A DNA stretch of 64,000 nucleotides from a virus. Taxonomy: Duplodnaviria; Caudoviricetes. Below, one piece after another: positions 8,116-17,965 of this stretch (positions are counted from its first letter, which is position 1; every line of letters starts with the position of its first letter). The translations under genes were made by a program, and so were the position numbers. The DNA is taken from IMG/VR virus record IMGVR_UViG_3300006467_000134, positions 32,001 through 96,000 of that record; one strand, written 5' to 3'. The notes under the pieces are model-generated. The model was not told the DNA's origin. It worked only from the letters and a program-made list of their open reading frames with translations, and ran no database searches.

Positions 8116-9277
8116 AGAAGTCCTCGAAGCTTGTAGGGTATTGAATGTGGATCTCTTGAGCCTCGGCAGGTGTTAGTTGCCCAGGAACTGGGAGATCGGT
8201 TTCAAGATCATAGTAGATCTTTACCAATCGCTGGAACGTCTTGTTGTTCAAGTACCCAACTTCGAATTGGCGATCCATACGACCAGGTCGCTTGAAGGCT
8301 GGGTCCAAGTTATCTGGGTGATTCGAGGTGAAGATCAAAATACTACCTTCCCCTGCCGTTGGTCCATCGATTAGGTTTAGTAGAGTACTGGTCATCGCTG
8401 ACAGAGGAACTTCATCGATTTCGTCTTGATCTTCCGCATTAAACGGGTCTTCCTCTTTATTAGAGGTTTTACGCTTTTGGGTTGCCTTCTGACAATCGAA
8501 GTCCTCAAAGACAACCACGCAGTCACCCAACTGCAATGCGTTATCAACGTTCCATACGTACTGGGTAAATACGTACAGATCTCGTTGTAGGTAATTGGCA
8601 ATCGCCAAACCCAAAGAGCTCTTACCAGTTCCAGGAGGACCATAAAAGAGATAACCACGTCGATAAGGAATACCTCGGTGCTCATACCATTCCCTGTTGT
8701 TAACAAACCAATCTAAGTCTGCTTTGAGCTCGTCTGAGAAGTCAATGGCCAAGTCTTCCAGACGACGAGTCTTCAGGGTTTTTCTTTCATTGTCGTTGAA
8801 CTTGGCCTTCAATGGAGTAACACTCCGGGCTTTGTTAATGTAGTCCTGTACCTCCTGCTTGACGGCATTACGACGCCAGCCAAAGATATCGATGTGAATA
8901 CTATAGACTACTGGAGGATCGCCTTTCTTGGCCATTTGCATCTCACGTCGGTTGTGATAATAACTCACGTAACACCAACGTGTGAATCCCCATCGGAATC
9001 CGCCAGGGACTTTTTCCTTAAAGTCGGCATCCTCAATGTCAAAGAATGTTCCAAAACTGCTATTACCGTGTTTCTCCATCAAGTATTTACACGCCGGCAC
9101 GTAGTCAGGGGAGCCACTCTCAAAGCGGAGAGTGATGGTCGTGTAATAAGAAAACCTATCCCACACGTATGCGGGATAGGATCGAATCTGATAGAGGAAA
9201 CTGGTTAGCAAGGCCATTACGATACCACCAGACATAAACTGGTTGTTCTGAAGCTGGTTTGCAAACCATTCCCACAT
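7961..9277 (-). CDS. BCS1-like membrane-anchored AAA+ ATPase
   Basis: N-terminal TM (NQFMSGG...); WYEHRGIPYRRGYLFYGPPGTGKSS; Walker B VFEDFD; LLNLIDG; TSNHPDNLDPAFKRPGRMD. Confidence 0.85.
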   Translation of the reverse strand: MWEWFANQLQNNQFMSGGIVMALLTSFLYQIRSYPAYVWDRFSYYTTITLRFESGSPDYVPACKYLMEKHGNSSFGTFFDIEDADFKEKVPGGFRWGFTRWCYVSYYHNRREMQMAKKGDPPVVYSIHIDIFGWRRNAVKQEVQDYINKARSVTPLKAKFNDNERKTLKTRRLEDLAIDFSDELKADLDWFVNNREWYEHRGIPYRRGYLFYGPPGTGKSSLGLAIANYLQRDLYVFTQYVWNVDNALQLGDCVVVFEDFDCQKATQKRKTSNKEEDPFNAEDQDEIDEVPLSAMTSTLLNLIDGPTAGEGSILIFTSNHPDNLDPAFKRPGRMDRQFEVGYLNNKTFQRLVKIYYDLETDLPVPGQLTPAEAQEIHIQYPTSFEDFYEQLQRKAASVLQRGRLVGQGIPTGTGGLQGDIDKPGGNRDPKAITLENEV

Positions 9278-9278
9278 A

Positions 9279-10901
9279 CTATACTCCTACTTTGTCAATA
9301 AGGATTGTTTGAGCTCGGTCTTGAATATCCAGCCAGTCCTGCATGAAGACTTCGCCGTCCAGGAACACTACCTTCAGTTCACCGCCCTCCTCTTCGTCCC
9401 GGGTACAGGATTGCTGAAGAGTGTAGTTTCCATTGGTACCATTCACTCGAAGCAAGCCACAAGCAGACTTTTTGGTTCCACTGTCAGTGACTGGATCTTT
9501 GAACAACTCGTGTTCTACTCCGTCTACCTGAGCCCAGGTTGCCTTACATGCTAATCCGAAAGTATCGCGAGTATTGTACTGATAAGTGAAACTTCCAATA
9601 CCAAGCACAACGTTGGTCGTGGCGAAATCACGTTCCATCAGTCGTTCGAAGATTTCTGTGGCTCGATCATAAGTGATTGCATCGCCGTAAATACAACCAA
9701 CATGTGGATCCAGCTCTTTGAAACCTTTGGAATTGAAGGTAGTACCAAACTCTTCAGCCAGTAGGCGGACAACTCCCTTAATCTCAGGCTCTTTGATTTC
9801 TCGTCCTTCCAATGTCACGTAGCCATCGGAACACTTCATAGCGTCTGCCCGATAGTGAATCAAAGACAGGTAAAGATCCTGGTCTTTCTTCAACTCTCGT
9901 CGAGCTTCCTCGCAGGTTCCATCGTAATCCATAGTACGATATCCGCACAGGATTAGTACTGGATCGCCAGAATCAGGTCGGAAGACGACTTTCCCGTCTC
10001 GCTTCATGATCTTGTCCTTCAGGTGAGGGGCAATCTCAAGCAGCACTTTCCAAAGGTCCCACGTATCGATGACAATACTGATGAAACCTTCTGGATAAAG
10101 CTCCGAGATCAGTCGATCTACAGTGTGGAGCTCGTTTACCTTACCACCAGCACACATCACGGCATGTTCAGTCGCTGGCACGGAAACAGACGTATCCCGG
10201 GGAGCCTTGTACCAGTGCCGAACCGCGGCCTTACCTGGTAGAGTGTCACTGCCTTTGAAGAACAACAGGTGACCCATGTCAGTGGTAATCGAAGATTCCA
10301 CACTGCTCATACCACGCATCGAGAAGTTGTGCCCTTGGAAGGGAACAAAATCAGGGTTGCCAGTACGCTCAGCATAGTCACTCATCAGCTCCCAGAAACG
10401 ACGAGCAATGGTAGCCGCTGTGATTGGGTTCCAAATAGTATTCTGACATACGGTTTCAATCGCATTGGTTAACCAGCCAAAGTTTGGATCAGTATTCTCA
10501 ATAGTAGCCAGTGGAACACCAATTGGACACAATACGCCTTCGGGAAGAGCCTTGATACGAAGTGGGAGGTACCCCAGGTCATGGAGTTCACCATAACGTG
10601 AGACGTCCACAGCACCTGGTCCAAAGTACTCGTCGAAGTATTCTTTGAGCTCTGCCAGAACCCGGGCCTTTGGACGATCAAAGAAATTCGTGTTGAACTC
10701 AACTACCAAGTACTTCAGCATGAAATACTGTAGACCAAAGTTCACAACATGGTTCACACCTGGAATCCGGCTGGTACGAGGAGTAATGTTGGCATTTACG
10801 TACTCCGTGTTTTCCGGGTATTGTGGTGGGTGAGATATCTTGTAGGCATCTGCCAGAATGATTGGGTTGATGCGAAGGTCACTGTATTCAAATCGTGTCA
10901 T
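9279..10901 (-). CDS. nadV: Nicotinamide phosphoribosyltransferase-like protein (Nampt/NadV family; likely Namat of NARP1)
   Basis: ADAYKISH, SVPATEHAVM, SIVIDTWD, RPDSGDP, IYGDAIT, FKDPVTDSGTKKSA; start MTRFEY coupled by ATGA to upstream gene. Confidence 0.9.
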   Translation of the reverse strand: MTRFEYSDLRINPIILADAYKISHPPQYPENTEYVNANITPRTSRIPGVNHVVNFGLQYFMLKYLVVEFNTNFFDRPKARVLAELKEYFDEYFGPGAVDVSRYGELHDLGYLPLRIKALPEGVLCPIGVPLATIENTDPNFGWLTNAIETVCQNTIWNPITAATIARRFWELMSDYAERTGNPDFVPFQGHNFSMRGMSSVESSITTDMGHLLFFKGSDTLPGKAAVRHWYKAPRDTSVSVPATEHAVMCAGGKVNELHTVDRLISELYPEGFISIVIDTWDLWKVLLEIAPHLKDKIMKRDGKVVFRPDSGDPVLILCGYRTMDYDGTCEEARRELKKDQDLYLSLIHYRADAMKCSDGYVTLEGREIKEPEIKGVVRLLAEEFGTTFNSKGFKELDPHVGCIYGDAITYDRATEIFERLMERDFATTNVVLGIGSFTYQYNTRDTFGLACKATWAQVDGVEHELFKDPVTDSGTKKSACGLLRVNGTNGNYTLQQSCTRDEEEGGELKVVFLDGEVFMQDWLDIQDRAQTILIDKVGV

Positions 10902-11674
10902 TTGACTTCTCCAAAGCGAGTGTAAATTTTGGTGATTCCAGCTTCCCGCAAAGGCTCCAAACCTTTGGAGAAAATACCGTGGGTAACGTACAGTCCTACT
11001 TCCCAAACATTGTAAACTCTGTGTAGGAGTTTTGCAGATTCAATGAATGTTCGTCCGCCGTCACAAATATCGTCAACAATCAGAATTCTTTTTGTCCAAT
11101 GCCCATCTTGAGGACTAGCGGTCTCAGACTCCACTGTTAGGTTCAAGATCGCTCCGGTGGAAGGATCTCGCATCTTTCCAAGCACTACCTTTGGTTTGTC
11201 CACCAAGTGACTGTAGCGAATGGCTGCAGTCTTATCAGGGAAGCAAAAGGCAGTGGGTTCAAATTCCTCAGTAGGAATAACCGGTGGTACGTCAATAAGA
11301 ACCAGTCCATACTCTCCATAAGGGAAGCTGGGATTGTGAACATCTTGGGTGTAGATTGTACGGTATCCCACAGCGTATAAGCAGGTCAGAAAGGTGTGCA
11401 AACCAAACGTTGCTTGATTACTGACTGCCTTGTCCTGGCGGGAATACGGTAGAAACGGTACATCTAGGACAGCGTACCCATGATGGAAACTTAGTAGCTG
11501 TCCTAACTGATAGATGAAGGGAAGCTCTCCCTCATCCAAGGGAAAATCGAAACTCCACCTGACGTATGGATAAATATCCATAATATTTGGGATCTTCCAA
11601 GCCTGACAGGTTCCATCAGGAAACTTGGTGGGTTCCACAACAATGTTGTTGTCAGCCGCTCCTACCGTAATCAT
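10898..11674 (-). CDS. prs: Ribose-phosphate pyrophosphokinase-like protein (likely Adps of NARP1)
   Basis: FPDG, PFLPYSRQDK, DVH, FPDKTA, LIVDDICDGGRTF, LYVTHGIFSKG. Confidence 0.9.
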   Translation of the reverse strand: MITVGAADNNIVVEPTKFPDGTCQAWKIPNIMDIYPYVRWSFDFPLDEGELPFIYQLGQLLSFHHGYAVLDVPFLPYSRQDKAVSNQATFGLHTFLTCLYAVGYRTIYTQDVHNPSFPYGEYGLVLIDVPPVIPTEEFEPTAFCFPDKTAAIRYSHLVDKPKVVLGKMRDPSTGAILNLTVESETASPQDGHWTKRILIVDDICDGGRTFIESAKLLHRVYNVWEVGLYVTHGIFSKGLEPLREAGITKIYTRFGEVK

Positions 11675-11675
11675 A

Positions 11676-12404
11676 TCATTCCTCTACAATCTGGAGTTTG
11701 ACACCGAACGCCCGTTCGATAAAGCCAATGTTTGCTTTGAGACTCTGATTGTACTCTTCAACATTGTCACTTGTCAACATCGTTGCACATAAAAACTCCA
11801 ATTTTCCGGAATCTGACTCAATACCATGGACTTTCTCGATGATAGTGAACGTTTTTTCCAGTAATTGGTGCTGTCCTTCAGTCAAAGCGAACTTGTGTTT
11901 CACCCACTTTACGTCCTCTTCGTCAGAGGAGCTCTTCGGTTTTGCCGATTCTTCGTCAGCGTCGTGGATAATTTCCTTCAACTTAGTCTGGGTGTTCTGT
12001 TCGGCAATGTCAAGCATCTCATCAACATTGTCCTGGTCCACCCGGGGTAGAAGCATTTTCAGCTTACCCCAGCCAACACTATTGATACGTTCTTCAGGCT
12101 GGCCGAGTTTTAGAACAAATGTCTCGTAAATACGAATGAAGGTAGAAGTAGACGTGCGGTCGTAGTTGTGTTCAATAAACGCATACTGTTCCACACTGGT
12201 GAAATTTTTAGTTTCTCCGTCTTCCTCGTAGGTCCACTGCTTGTAATATTCCTTCTCCCGGACCTCATAGAGAAGGTGACCCAACGCCACATTGGTTAGG
12301 TCTTTAACCTGACGCAGCTTCACCAAGGCTTCCCGAATAGCATCAGGTCGGTGCTCACTATCTTCAGGTAAGGTTACTAGTTCATTCAAGTTCATCGTCG
12401 TCAT
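11676..12404 (-). CDS. Hypothetical helical DNA-binding-like protein
   Basis: LGHLLYEVREKEYY...F.S...Y pattern and VGWGKL; start MTTMNL. Confidence 0.6.
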   Translation of the reverse strand: MTTMNLNELVTLPEDSEHRPDAIREALVKLRQVKDLTNVALGHLLYEVREKEYYKQWTYEEDGETKNFTSVEQYAFIEHNYDRTSTSTFIRIYETFVLKLGQPEERINSVGWGKLKMLLPRVDQDNVDEMLDIAEQNTQTKLKEIIHDADEESAKPKSSSDEEDVKWVKHKFALTEGQHQLLEKTFTIIEKVHGIESDSGKLEFLCATMLTSDNVEEYNQSLKANIGFIERAFGVKLQIVEE

Positions 12405-12666
12405 CCGATTCTTCCTCCAGAGTCGCAAAAGTGTCATACCCTAAAAGACGGTCCAGCTGGAAGTAGATTACCATGGCCGCCTGACCAGTGAGTAACTTGA
12501 CATCCAAAACTTCACCATCGTTGTCATAGGTCACAAGACCAAAGACGTTGTAGTCGATACCATCCATCGAATCGATCCCCACTACCACAAGATCAACATT
12601 GTTGTACAACATTACCTTGTTTTGGGGATCTAGTGCTTTCTGGAGGTACTGGTTAATTTTTTTCAT
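12382..12666 (-). CDS. Hypothetical protein
   Basis: 94-aa ORF with acidic tail. Confidence 0.55.
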   Translation of the reverse strand: MKKINQYLQKALDPQNKVMLYNNVDLVVVGIDSMDGIDYNVFGLVTYDNDGEVLDVKLLTGQAAMVIYFQLDRLLGYDTFATLEEESDDDDELE

Positions 12667-13009
12667 GGGCTGCTACTGCCTCCTCAATGTATTCAATCGC
12701 CAGGTCAGGACGATCCAAGGTTTCCTTGGCGTTGAGTAGAAGAACTACATAGCCTGCAGTAACCGCGGAACGATACTTAACGATATCATTGGCATGGCTC
12801 TTTGCACTACCACCATGACCATAGCCAGAGCCTTGAACTTCGATAAGGATGTTGGTTCCTTTTATCAGGTAGTCAAAAACCCAACGCCGATGTGAGTTGT
12901 AGTTTAGCTCGTCCACCAGGTCTTTGAATTTGACTTGTTCAATAAGGTAACCTTCGCCAAAGTGGTTCTTAGCCGCTTCGGTTAAGGCAGCCTCTGCTTT
13001 ACTTGGCAC
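12653..13009 (-). CDS. PD-(D/E)xK-type endonuclease (Vsr/DUF559-like)
   Basis: RRWVFDY...LIEVQG...H...D..KY..A...GYVVL. Confidence 0.65.
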   Translation of the reverse strand: MPSKAEAALTEAAKNHFGEGYLIEQVKFKDLVDELNYNSHRRWVFDYLIKGTNILIEVQGSGYGHGGSAKSHANDIVKYRSAVTAGYVVLLLNAKETLDRPDLAIEYIEEAVAAHEKN

Positions 13010-13331
13010 GAATTTTCTCCCACTGCTGGTAGACTCGATTTATAAAGGTAAAGGAAACTGGTTCCTTCCACTCCAGTATAGCGTCGTCATTATTAGGATT
13101 TAAGGTCCCAATCAACTTACCTTCGAGAAGAATCTTGTAAGTATCGGGAAGATGCTCGCATTTTTCCAACACTGGTTCTGGATTGCAGGTGCAGTAGCTC
13201 ATCTCTGTCATACCAGGTCCAATCAACAATCCATCGAAGTCCAAACAAAAATGCCAGCCCTTGCTCATCTCGCCGACTGTAAGACATTCGTCCTGGTTTT
13301 CTATTAGAGAAAAGTACCTAAAATCATCCAT
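12999..13331 (-). CDS. Hypothetical protein
   Basis: Start MDDFRY; GWHFCLDFDGLLIGP...CTC. Confidence 0.5.
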   Translation of the reverse strand: MDDFRYFSLIENQDECLTVGEMSKGWHFCLDFDGLLIGPGMTEMSYCTCNPEPVLEKCEHLPDTYKILLEGKLIGTLNPNNDDAILEWKEPVSFTFINRVYQQWEKIRAK

Positions 13332-14133
13332 TCCAATTTTCCCACACTGGTTTATTCTCACGCTTCTCAGCCAACCAATCTTTGAAGGACATCCCGAGCA
13401 GTTGTTCTTCAGTCTGCCCGTCTTCAAGTGGAAGTGTCTCGTTCTCGATTGCCTGGAATACTGTGGTTGAGAGAGCTGTTGCTGCATTCCAATACATCTC
13501 TTCACCCGGATACCAGAGTGTTCGCATGTTCAACGAACCTTTGTCAATCAACAGGAATAGTGTTCCCTCTTTGTCGATGATCTTCTGGGTGATAGACGCC
13601 TGCGACTTGTAGCCCGGCATGAGATCAGACGCAGTTTTGGTTTGTTGAAACTTGTCAGAACCCATCGTCTTGATTTCCAGATGGAGAAGCTCACCTGGAT
13701 CCTCTGGCAGTTCCTTCGGTGTTGTTGCTCCCAAGGCCTTCATGAAGTCTTTGGCCAACAATCCGTCTAATCTACCTGAGAACCTGTACAAAGGATCGAA
13801 GATTCGAATTTCTTTGTACTTGGGAGTATCGTACTGTGGAAATAGTACGCCTGCAGCATGAAGCTTTTCCTGAACATACTCATGAACCACATTACCAATC
13901 GTGGTGTGAAGCATACTGGTCCAGGTTTGGTTCCATGGTTTTGGATCCCAGTAGTCCAAAACAAACTGGGTTGCTGTGTTGTAGTAGATACCAGACAGCC
14001 ACAGGTTGTCTCGGCGAAACTTGTCACCTGGATCTTCCTGGGTAGTCAAAACACGTTTAATCTCTGCAGCTGTTACAGGAGCCAACTTACGCTTCTGCTT
14101 TTCCTTTTGCTTATAGACATCACCAAATGCCAT
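13324..14133 (-). CDS. Cas4-like / PD-(D/E)xK exonuclease
   Basis: GNVVHEYVQ, FSGRLDG, LEIKT; start MAFGDV by TAATG overlap. Confidence 0.7.
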   Translation of the reverse strand: MAFGDVYKQKEKQKRKLAPVTAAEIKRVLTTQEDPGDKFRRDNLWLSGIYYNTATQFVLDYWDPKPWNQTWTSMLHTTIGNVVHEYVQEKLHAAGVLFPQYDTPKYKEIRIFDPLYRFSGRLDGLLAKDFMKALGATTPKELPEDPGELLHLEIKTMGSDKFQQTKTASDLMPGYKSQASITQKIIDKEGTLFLLIDKGSLNMRTLWYPGEEMYWNAATALSTTVFQAIENETLPLEDGQTEEQLLGMSFKDWLAEKRENKPVWENWNG

Positions 14134-14750
14134 TACAGTCCCCTCTCGATTAGAATCTGTGACCAACTTTCGTACTTGTCTTTGTTAGCCATAATGTTTT
14201 CAACACTGTCCCAGCCGGCATCACCAAGATCTGCCTCATGTGTTTTCAATTCGGGATTCGTGCACACTACGGCGAATACCAATCCCAGGTGTACTTCACC
14301 GACTTCGTCGGAGTTATCGTTGATCACATCAATTGCTGGAGTGATTCGATAATTCCTGACGTCTCCTATGCTGATCTGAAGCTCTTCCCACAATTCTCGT
14401 TGTAGTCCATTGTAGAATGTGTCTCGGAAGCTTCCGTCATAGTCACTTTGGTTGATGTGGCCGCCAAACCCAAGGCTGTATTTTTTGTGAAGCCTCTGTT
14501 CACCACCACCTTTACCCCGTTGGTACCGGAAGTACTGGTTATCATGTACTAAAACAATGTATGGGATTAGTTGTTTGAACTCAGGGGCTTTTTCGGCAAA
14601 CTCTCGGGGCATGAAGGTAGTCATACCGCTATTGAGCAGTTGATTTACGATTCCAACAGCCCGATCCTTATCGTTGGTGACTTTTACTGCGTCATCCAAA
14701 ACTTCGTTGACAAACTGCGTTGGTACAACCAGCACTTGTTCATCGCTCAT
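14133..14750 (-). CDS. NUDIX-family phosphoesterase (COG4112-like)
   Basis: KQLIPY, EQRLH..YSLGFGGHIN, GLQRELWEEL, DEVGEVHLG, ESWS. Confidence 0.8.
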   Translation of the reverse strand: MSDEQVLVVPTQFVNEVLDDAVKVTNDKDRAVGIVNQLLNSGMTTFMPREFAEKAPEFKQLIPYIVLVHDNQYFRYQRGKGGGEQRLHKKYSLGFGGHINQSDYDGSFRDTFYNGLQRELWEELQISIGDVRNYRITPAIDVINDNSDEVGEVHLGLVFAVVCTNPELKTHEADLGDAGWDSVENIMANKDKYESWSQILIERGL

Positions 14751-15090
14751 TAATCAGTTCCTCAAAATCTACCTGAGGCATCATCACCCAGGTTCCTGGT
14801 GTTCCAAAAGGCGGACTTTCCAACTGCAGAAGTAGTCCTGGTCGTTTGCCGGCTTCCCGGGCTTCTCTGTTAATCTTGGCTAGTTGTGTAGCAGAAATTG
14901 TCAACGAATACCTGCAGGTGTACTTACTATCGAGAAGGAAGTCTTTTACTCGAATGTCACCTTTCTGAGCAGGAAGAGCACCAGAAAGGGGGACTCTCGT
15001 CCCCCCAAGATCCTGTGCTTGTTTTTGTTCCCGCCTGTTGGCATCGGTCTTTCGATCTCTACTCGGTCCCAGCTTCCCTTTCTTCGTCAT
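14740..15090 (-). CDS. Holliday junction resolvase-like nuclease
   Basis: E...A..LGG.RVPLSGA....KGD......LDSK (Hjc-like). Confidence 0.65.
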   Translation of the reverse strand: MTKKGKLGPSRDRKTDANRREQKQAQDLGGTRVPLSGALPAQKGDIRVKDFLLDSKYTCRYSLTISATQLAKINREAREAGKRPGLLLQLESPPFGTPGTWVMMPQVDFEELINER

Positions 15091-16147
15091 CTGGTCCTCC
15101 AGTAATGAGAGAATAGACCATTGAGCGAACGTACGCATAAAAGGCTGGGTCGTTCATACGGTCCTTGAAGTCATCCTGAACTCGGTATTCCTCACCCAAG
15201 ATATTCCAAACCTTCCCATCCTTGTAGCACCAGTTTGCCTGGCTTTTTACGATGTTCCACAAAGTCTTTTGATTGTCAACATATCCGGCAGGATGTCCAT
15301 CAACAGGCTGTGTAGCCATGTCGAAGCTAAACACTGCTTTTGGTCTGGCAGTCTTATTCTTATGAAGTAGACCGCCAAAGGTTCCCATACCAAAGTTCTT
15401 TGTTCCATCCTTCTGTAGGTTACCTCTGTTCATGTAGGTAATCGTAGACGAATAGAAGATCTGACCATTGCCTCCCGGAATAGTTCTTGGGTCGCCCATC
15501 ATTGTGATCTTATGGCGAAACTGATTCAATCCGATAAGGGTTGTGTTAAGCCATGGAGTATCTTTCTGCTTGGCATCAATACCAGCTTGGGTCCACTGAC
15601 GATAGCCTTCATTCAAGACTCTGGCTCGTCCCCCTAGTCCAGCAGATTCTTCTGCCGAAATTTCGGTCTGCTTTTTACTCATCACTGGTTCCCACGAGTC
15701 GCCAATGATTAGAGATACTCGCCGGCCTAGAATGATGTTCTTGACAATGTCAATTAACTGCTCACCAAAGGACGGCTGAATCACAATGAAGTGATCCTCA
15801 TGGTTTCGTCCACAAAGAACACCGTTCGCCCGAGCCCACTCTTCGTCGAAAGTGTTTTCAAGGTCAACAAAGGCTACTTTACAGGGATCGGAATAACTGG
15901 CATCGAACTTTCCAGTCTGCCGGTTAATCTTCTGAACCTCTGCCGCGGTTTTGAGAGCCAAGGTGGTTTTAGCACTAGATTCCCAACCAACAATCAGATG
16001 ATTCAATCCGGCTTTGAAGCCTCCTCCGAGAGCTTGATCATAGGCTACAACTCCCGAAGAAAACCGGAATCCTTCACTGGATTGGTCTAGGCGAACAGTG
16101 TCACCATAGGCTGTTCCAAGATCTTTTCGGAGATCGTCCAAGCTCAT
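15059..16147 (-). CDS. recA: RecA/UvsX recombinase
   Basis: SSGVVAYDQALGGG, GWESSAKTT, FVDLENTFD, LNQFR, PGGNG..FYSS. Confidence 0.9.
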   Translation of the reverse strand: MSLDDLRKDLGTAYGDTVRLDQSSEGFRFSSGVVAYDQALGGGFKAGLNHLIVGWESSAKTTLALKTAAEVQKINRQTGKFDASYSDPCKVAFVDLENTFDEEWARANGVLCGRNHEDHFIVIQPSFGEQLIDIVKNIILGRRVSLIIGDSWEPVMSKKQTEISAEESAGLGGRARVLNEGYRQWTQAGIDAKQKDTPWLNTTLIGLNQFRHKITMMGDPRTIPGGNGQIFYSSTITYMNRGNLQKDGTKNFGMGTFGGLLHKNKTARPKAVFSFDMATQPVDGHPAGYVDNQKTLWNIVKSQANWCYKDGKVWNILGEEYRVQDDFKDRMNDPAFYAYVRSMVYSLITGGPDDEEREAGTE

Positions 16148-16476
16148 TAAATAAGTCCTCGGTCTTTCAGAATCTGTTCAAACTCAGCCAACGTGGGTTC
16201 CAAGGCTGCCTCTACCTTAGCATTGGCGACCGCAGTAGCTGCATCGATTTCTTCTAAGTAGGAAGGAACGGTTACCATGACGTCAATACGAATACTATTG
16301 AAGTCACCCAGATTTTTGGTTAGGCCTGCCTTTACGCTCACGGACGCTGTTGGTACATCTTGGAATGTAAAGACTTCCACTTTCTCCGAATCATCCTCAA
16401 AGGTGTCCAGGACCTTACCGTAGCTCGTTTTGGTGTAAACTCGTTCTACGGACAATTTACTTGGGATTTCTTTCAT
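16147..16476 (-). CDS. Hypothetical protein
   Basis: VSVKAGLTKNLGDFNSIRIDV; coupled to recA. Confidence 0.6.
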   Translation of the reverse strand: MKEIPSKLSVERVYTKTSYGKVLDTFEDDSEKVEVFTFQDVPTASVSVKAGLTKNLGDFNSIRIDVMVTVPSYLEEIDAATAVANAKVEAALEPTLAEFEQILKDRGLI

Positions 16477-17771
16477 AACTTCCTTTCTTTGAAGCCGAGA
16501 CCGGCAAACTGCTTTCGTATCTTCCAGCTAATGGCAATGAGATAATCAGTTTGCACAATAGGGTATAGAACGTAGGGAGCCCGCTTGTCTTTGTTTTTGC
16601 GGGTTATCCTACCGGCGACCTGCTCAATATCGCCAAAGGGGGTACAACAGACCAGCGTGTCTAGCTCTGGGAGATCTACACCCTCGGCAAACTTTCGTTC
16701 TGTTGACAGAATAATTGGGTAATCGCGTAACTTGTCTTTATCGCTTTTCTTGGTTTTACCTGAGTACATTATAGAGTTTAGCCCACGGGAATCAAGGGCT
16801 ATTTCCAATAGTTCAAGTTGTCGAGTCCGGTGGCTGATTACAAGAACCTTTCGCCCGGCTTCCACCATCTTGGCAATATGGCTACAAAGCAACCAATTGT
16901 ACTCTTCGTTCTCGGCAAGTACTGTCAGATATTTCGAGTGATTGACTTTCCCCCGATGTTTTACCTCATCTTCATCAATCTTCAGGTTGACTGGAAGAAA
17001 CGAGACATATCGGTTCTTTTCTTGATTCTTGTCTTTAAACTTCTGGCCAACAGGACCCATGTGAACCTGCCAAACTCTATCCAGTTTGTCGCGTCGTCTC
17101 CAGGTAGCACTTACTCCCAATCGGTACATTGAGGGGATTTTCTTAAGAATATTTTGAATAGTGTCACAGGGACTGTGGTGACCTTCATCAAATATTGTCA
17201 ATCCGAAGTGCTCAAGAAATCCTGGAGGTAGGCTTCCTAGCTTGGGTCCGAGGCTCTGCATCGTCGCTACGGCTACAGGCTTCTGCCAGTCCCACTTTTC
17301 AATATCCCCCTGGATAATCCCCCAATCAACACCGAAGAGCTTCTCAGCGGTATCCCCCCACTGATCGATCAAGCTGGATTGATTTACAATCACCAGTGCA
17401 TTTGTAGACAGCCTCTCGGCAACATGAATACCAATGAAAGTCTTACCAAATCCAGTATGAGCCCACAGTAGGTGCGATCCATGGTTTTCCATGCCGGCCA
17501 TGCACTGCTGGACTGCCTCCCATTGTTGGTCGCGATACTCGTGTTCCAAGTTTGGCCAGGCTACAATTGGGCAGGAGGCAAGGTTACGCCCCTGTAGACC
17601 TTGCCTACGTGCCCAGTATACTGGAAGCCCAATCATATTGTCCTGGAGCTCCCAACAATCAACTATCTTATCTCCGACAAAGTCGGATCCAGTAACACGC
17701 AGCTCTTTCTTGATGAACCGCATATCAACATTTTTTTGCTCGGTCCAATATAGACCTTCGTAGTAGCTCAT
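16473..17771 (-). CDS. Superfamily 2 DNA helicase (UvsW/XPB-like)
   Basis: HTGFGKT, DEGHH, SAT, EGVDLP, QVAGRITR. Confidence 0.9.
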   Translation of the reverse strand: MSYYEGLYWTEQKNVDMRFIKKELRVTGSDFVGDKIVDCWELQDNMIGLPVYWARRQGLQGRNLASCPIVAWPNLEHEYRDQQWEAVQQCMAGMENHGSHLLWAHTGFGKTFIGIHVAERLSTNALVIVNQSSLIDQWGDTAEKLFGVDWGIIQGDIEKWDWQKPVAVATMQSLGPKLGSLPPGFLEHFGLTIFDEGHHSPCDTIQNILKKIPSMYRLGVSATWRRRDKLDRVWQVHMGPVGQKFKDKNQEKNRYVSFLPVNLKIDEDEVKHRGKVNHSKYLTVLAENEEYNWLLCSHIAKMVEAGRKVLVISHRTRQLELLEIALDSRGLNSIMYSGKTKKSDKDKLRDYPIILSTERKFAEGVDLPELDTLVCCTPFGDIEQVAGRITRKNKDKRAPYVLYPIVQTDYLIAISWKIRKQFAGLGFKERKL

Positions 17772-17965
17772 TTTGACAGATCACTAATTTCAAAGATTTC
17801 CTGGCTCTTATGTAGAAGTGTTGGTAGACAATTCGAACATAAAAACTGAAGTGTTCTCTTGTTATTGCTTAACACCCGAACGGTGTCATCCACTTTGTAG
17901 CATTTTTCGCACTGGGGTCCACTGTAGTAAGGAACACACTTATAGGTAGTGCTTTTTGTTTTCAT
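17768..17965 (-). CDS. Small zinc-finger protein
   Basis: CEKC...CSNC. Confidence 0.5.
   Translation of the reverse strand: MKTKSTTYKCVPYYSGPQCEKCYKVDDTVRVLSNNKRTLQFLCSNCLPTLLHKSQEIFEISDLSK

Noticed and set aside
13324-14133. CRISPR-Cas system suggested by the Cas4-like nuclease
   Set aside because: No repeat-spacer array or other cas genes; solo Cas4-like exonucleases are common in phage replication modules.
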